A stretch of DNA of 64,000 bases from assembly GCF_947568905.1 (NCBI RefSeq), contig NC_079171.1, positions 43,152,001 through 43,216,000 on the forward strand, given 5' to 3'. A program made the translations under genes and the position numbers. Origin of the DNA: Ostrea edulis. Lineage: Eukaryota. The notes beneath the pieces are model-generated. The model searched no databases. It was not told the DNA's origin and saw only the letters and a program-made list of their open reading frames with translations. Within the stretch, counting starts at the first letter, position 1; every line of letters begins with the position of its first letter. Positions 59,101 through 64,000 of this stretch are shown piece after piece.

Positions 59101-62100
59101 CAGCATAAGAGTCATATTGAACATAGCAACGGTCTCTACCATGCAAATCACAGGTGAAGATATTTCTTTATTGTAGAATATAAAGCAATGCATGCAGTAA
59201 TGATCAATGTACATAGATTATTTTCTTGTTTGATGACGTAAGCAATAATATTATGCCAACGGCACAATTTGGCCAAAATGAGTCGCCATAGAAATCTTAT
59301 ACTATTTGTCTTCTGTTTATTCCATGTAAAATTATCTGTAAAGGTCACCTGTACAATCTCCTTGCTTCTAAAGAACTCGTCCAATTTCATAAAATTTGGT
59401 TAAGTATGAAACAAATTTGGCATGCTGAACAGCATGCAAACATTCTATATTTTTCATTGAAACGTTAGAATTCAAGGGGAAACATTAGGGAACTGGTGAT
59501 TGGTTTGTACATCTTAAGTGTCGTGGAAACACCTACCAGACTTTGAATTGTATCGCAAGTGGAGTACTTGGGATACTTTCTCACAAAGATACATATTTCC
59601 TTTTACTCCTTTAAATCTATGATTCCAACTCAGTTTTTGAAGTGAATTTGAATTTGAATTCTCTTTGCATTTACATGTTTCGGAGGTATCAGGTGAATAT
59701 CTTCTGAAATGCATTGATGATCATCAGATACTTGTAAATCTTAAGACATATATTTGAATACTATAATCCCCAAAAAGAAATGATTGTATGCCACGCAACA
59801 AAAATTATTTTTAAAATGTGTCAGGTCTTTTGGAAATATCAATTAAAAGACCACGGCTTTAACTGGCAATGTTGAAGAAATACTGCGTTTGTGACTGTCA
59901 AAGCATTTAACGTCACAACGAAAAGGGCGGGTACGATTGAGCGAGGACGATCGTGGAACATTGGATTGAAAATGGTAGTATTTTATTTCAACCCAATGTC
60001 TTCACAGTCGTCCGCGCTGAATCCTACCTTTGTTATGTCAAGTATTTAGTCTGTAAAATATAACAGCTACAAAACGTTAGATCTTGCCAATTAATGTTTC
60101 GCGGTCTTATATACATGTACTTATATGAAGAAGGCGTCATACGTTACGGAATAAGTTCCTTATCTTAACTTATTCTTCAAAGTGCAATAAAATCAATTAA
60201 AATAAATTAGAAATCCATCATTCACAATTCTACACTTGGTATTAGGTTTTATTCCGCCGCAAATATCCATGTCATTATGCACGTAGAATGCTTTAATGAC
60301 TACGCACATCAGTAACCGCCTCATATACATATTTAATGCATATTGATTCAGAAAGTCTTCCTGATTAAGATACTTTTACACCCCCTTATTCAAATTGGAG
60401 GAACAACTGACCTAAATATTCTTTTAAAGAAAACAAAAACATGGATGGTTTTTCGTAACAACGTCAGATCAATTCAAGACACTGGAATACACCATGTTTA
60501 TCTAAAAATAGGAGGGTGTTAGATATTTTGTAATTCAGAGTCCACTCGCATACACTAGAAACACATATAGAAAGATCATCCACATTCTTATTTAGACACA
60601 TTTAATTCATACACATTGTTACAAAAGGTTTTAGAAGGAAATCATTATTTTGGAATTTTTTTTTTGTAATGGGAAAATCAGATAATGATATACAACTTCC
60701 CTGTACTTGATAAAATTGCTTAAGGTCACCACAAACGGATGACGGTGTGGTATGAATGATGCTTTGTGTTGATGATCGTTAGACAGACGACAAGGAAATC
60801 GTTCAGAATATATATTACTTCATTGGAGTGTCCGCAATTCAGCGTATTTCAATTCGCGACAACTCAATTTGTTTTCTTTTGTTTTTGAATTATTGCTTAA
60901 GATAAGTCCATCCTTTTAAAACAATTGTCAATCAAACAGTTTGTTTTCATTTAGATAGAGTAAATAACTCTTGAGTTAAAAAAATCTCATATGTGTCATA
61001 CCTTATCACGCTTATTTTCCTATAGTACTATAATATGTCTTAGAGAACACATACCATAAAATCAAACATCAAAACTTTCACTCCAAAAATTATCTCATAA
61101 GTTATTAAGTTATGTGCTTATTCACATCATATTAGATTATAATATAATAAAAACAACATATATTCAATTGTTATAGACATATTTGAAACATTACAAAGAA
61201 AAACATAAATAATTCGATTATCAAGCTGAGGATAGCCTTCCGAATACATCACATGATGCCTTTGTTTGCACATTTTCCAAAAAAAGACATTATTGCACCT
61301 TTTTCTTTTGAGGATTGTTTAGAATAATACCCTAAGTTAACAAAGGAGCAAATTTTATCATAAATGTCCACATATATTTTGTATATTAGGGTGTACCCCC
61401 ATATATGTGATGTCAGGTTTTGTAAGTTATTCCCTGTAAACATTGAGAATATACAAAGTGCATACGTCACGATGAAGAGGATTAGATGGAAAATAAAATA
61501 TGTGACTGAACTTTGTTCCGAAAAGGGACAAGGAGTCCCACTATCACCATTTTAGAAATATATTGAGGTTATTGTGGCTTGCAATCTTCTGTCTGACTAC
61601 TTAACCTAATAAACAAGTACATCGCAACACATGATGCGACCTATTTTTTTTTAAATTGTATACACTCCGCTTACCTGATAAGGATATAGGGCTCACGGCG
61701 AGTGTGACCAGTCGACAGGGGATGCTAACTCCTCCTAGGCACCTAATCCCACCTTTGGTGTGTCCAGGGGTCCGTGTTTGCGCATGTCTCTATTTTGTAT
61801 TGCTTATAGGAGTTATGGGATTGATCACTGTTATCTTCACCGATCATAAAATATTTGTGACACAAACTGCAACTTTGGTCCCAACAGGGGATGGGGTGCC
61901 TACCCTCCATTCCTATCGAACCTTTGAATGTTTTATCCTTGCCATCACTGACCCAACTACTAAAACGTAACATAGTGCCACACATGATGTAACCTATTTC
62001 TATGAAATTGTTCACAATGGTACCCAGCTAGCCTGATTAGCGTTACTCATGTATACCCCATAATACTTTCTATTTTCTATCATTAAATCATAGTTAACGA

Positions 62101-62861
62101 AACTAAACCTGTATCATATTCTTTTCACATTTAATTGATGTTCAAAAATGAATTCATTCATTGACGGTACAGGGATTTTAAGAGTTTCGATTGAAGTCAG
62201 CATTTCACAAATGCTATGGTTAGTTCATCAATACAAGCTATCATTGGGTCAAATGCTGTCTGCCGTGTTTCATACCGATTTGTAGGCCATTGTTGACACA
62301 CTGATTTTGACTACGGATAACTCCGTTTACCTGATCAGGATATAGAGCTCACGGCTGGTGTTACCCGTCGACAACGAATGCTTACTGCTTCTAGGCACCT
62401 GATCCCACCTCTGGTGTGTCCAGGGTCCGTGTTTGCCCAACTATCTATATTGTATTGCTTATAGGAGGTATGAGATTGATCACTGTTAGTTATCTTCACC
62501 TTTCACATACATTAATTTTCTTGATATATAACTTTTGAACAACAGGTATCACTACAGAAGATGAAGGCGTTTTCACTTGTGAACTTACTAACAGAATGAA
62601 CTTTAAACAGAGGGAATCAATATCTATAAGTGGTACAGTATTTTAAAAAAATCAATATCTTTGGGTAATTTTCTAACTAACGAAAATCAATAATGATAAA
62701 GCGGTATGATATTTCTATTTAAAAAATCACATATATGAATGATTTGGGGGAAAGAATCAAGCATCCACTTTTATTTTTGTAGTTGAAGATCTAGAACACC
62801 AAACCATAGCAACTGATATTAAAACCGTTCTTTCTGATCCATCATTGAACTATAACAAAAG
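56111..62861 (+). CDS. Ig-mucin-TM receptor copy 3, exons 1-4 (continues beyond the window)
   Basis: Exons are 56111-56123 (ATGAGTAAAATTG|gtaagg), 58851-59153, 62546-62632 and 62783-62861. All are GT-AG and in frame: MSKIVIFIICSALIIKSTTAQF...C...WFKD...GITTEDEGVFTC. Confidence 0.85.
56128..56905 (+). mobile_element. Remnant of the intron 1 hammerhead repeat, interrupted by an RTE and lacking the ribozyme
   Basis: Collinear with ~1240-1475 on both sides of the RTE, then jumps to the equivalent of ~1915. Confidence 0.75.
56193..56724 (-). mobile_element. 5'-truncated RTE/RTE-X LINE
   Basis: 10-bp TSD GAGGGTCTCT at 56183-56192 and 56725-56734. ORF2 C-terminus RRMRWLGHVMRM...KVALHWTPPGKTKRGRSRTTWRRTV...AKDRGRWRQLVEALC, with a TAAATAAGTA tail. 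Confidence 0.9.
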
Positions 62862-62925
62862 GTATGAATGCTAACATCGAATCAACCACCCAGACTGCCA
62901 TGCAGCCTTATAAAACACTTCACTG

Positions 62926-64000
62926 TACCAACCATACCCAGTCTGACACCCAAGCAGTCCCAGAAAACAGTACTGGGGACTACTCTCGCAAAAGGTGCTC
63001 TAGGACTATCTTGGGACTGCTGTGAGACTGCCCTGGGACTGCTTTAGAAAGCAGTCCCAGCAGTCTCAGCTGTCCCATCAGTCCCGGGACTAATTCCTGG
63101 GACTGCTTTGTTCAGGCAAGCGTAAATGAATCACGTTATGTTGAGATTGACAAGAAAGCCCACCCACCCACCCACCCTGTATTCAGAATATACACAAATG
63201 ACTTCAGTAGGTTTTTCCCGCTTACTGACGCACTTTCAATAGAGAACTTGAGAAAATAGTGGATGGAAATAGAATAACAAGAACATCTTCCTACATTCGG
63301 CGGCGCATACTTTTTTAAGGAAGCAGATTTTACATGAAAGTGAATAATTTACTCCTTCTTCTTTTCCCACTAAATCATGTGTACTTCAGTGATATTTCCA
63401 TGTAAAAATAAACAAACAAACACATTTATCTGTCAGCGCCGGCTTTGGTCTTTGTGACATCTTCCGTGTTGGATTTCCTAACCCAGAATGAGAAATCACT
63501 CTTTTCGGATTAAATTAGAATCTGCTTTATTAATTTTAATTGGTCAATTACATTCGAAAAATGAAACCCATTGAACCATTTATTAGATAGACGAGTTTAT
63601 AGATGATTCGTGAGGGGAGAAGTGTTGTGGGGTCGGAAGCTTTGATCTGAAGGGGGAAGCTACTCAGGTAAACTGTATCCATGGAGACGGGAGACACGGG
63701 ATGCCGCTGTGTGTTTACATGTGTCAAAACAGGGCGATCATGAGTAGCAAAAGAGTAATTATTGTTAAATATCGTCGGTAACGCTCTGAACACGTCTATT
63801 CGGGAACAAGCACCTTACAAACACTTTACCTTCGATTTCAGGTTAAAACAACATGTGCATATACACTTTGATTGGAATCTTCATAATTATTTAAATCTGT
63901 CTAAATGTTGGAGTGAAATTAAACAATTTTACAATGCTGGCAATAAGTAGTCCAAATCTAGCCAATCATTTACAAATCAAAAATACACACACACATAAGT
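62926..64000. mobile_element. Orthologous copy of the CTG-TSD TIR element (runs off the window)
   Basis: Same insertion point (cttcaCTG|taccaaccatacccag) and same body as 31805-33348. Confidence 0.8.

Noticed and set aside
61656-61970. ORFs containing MLTPPRHLIPPLVCPGVRVC (also 13606, 51397, 51400)
   Set aside because: They come from the non-coding 3' tail of the Penelope-like repeat; the frames are not maintained among copies.

Overview
AT-rich eukaryotic (metazoan) genomic DNA with spliceosomal introns. The repeat families suggest a bivalve, probably an oyster (inference only). The window is a + strand tandem array of three paralogues of an unnamed type-I membrane receptor gene: signal peptide, one V-type Ig domain, S/T/N-rich stalk, TM helix, and a long cytoplasmic tail made of an internal duplication carrying many Tyr motifs. 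Copy 1 (1219-13330, 7 coding exons, 489 aa) is complete. Copy 2 (19446-49808) has exons 2-7 in frame but has lost exon 1 and its upstream region at a junction near 15535, and its introns are inflated by nested transposons. Copy 3 (56111 to beyond 62861) runs off the window. The mobile elements are hammerhead-ribozyme repeats (retrozyme/Penelope type), an intron-containing Crypton tyrosine recombinase, an intact Tc1 plus two other IS630-Tc1-mariner elements stacked in a (TA)n tract, an 8.8-kb CACTA/EnSpm element with nested THAP, hAT-like and Helentron-like pieces, TTAA (Kolobok-like) elements, a SINE, an RTE LINE fragment and many Penelope-like 3' ends. Paralogous empty sites confirm many of the insertion boundaries. 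All calls were read by eye; no searches were run.
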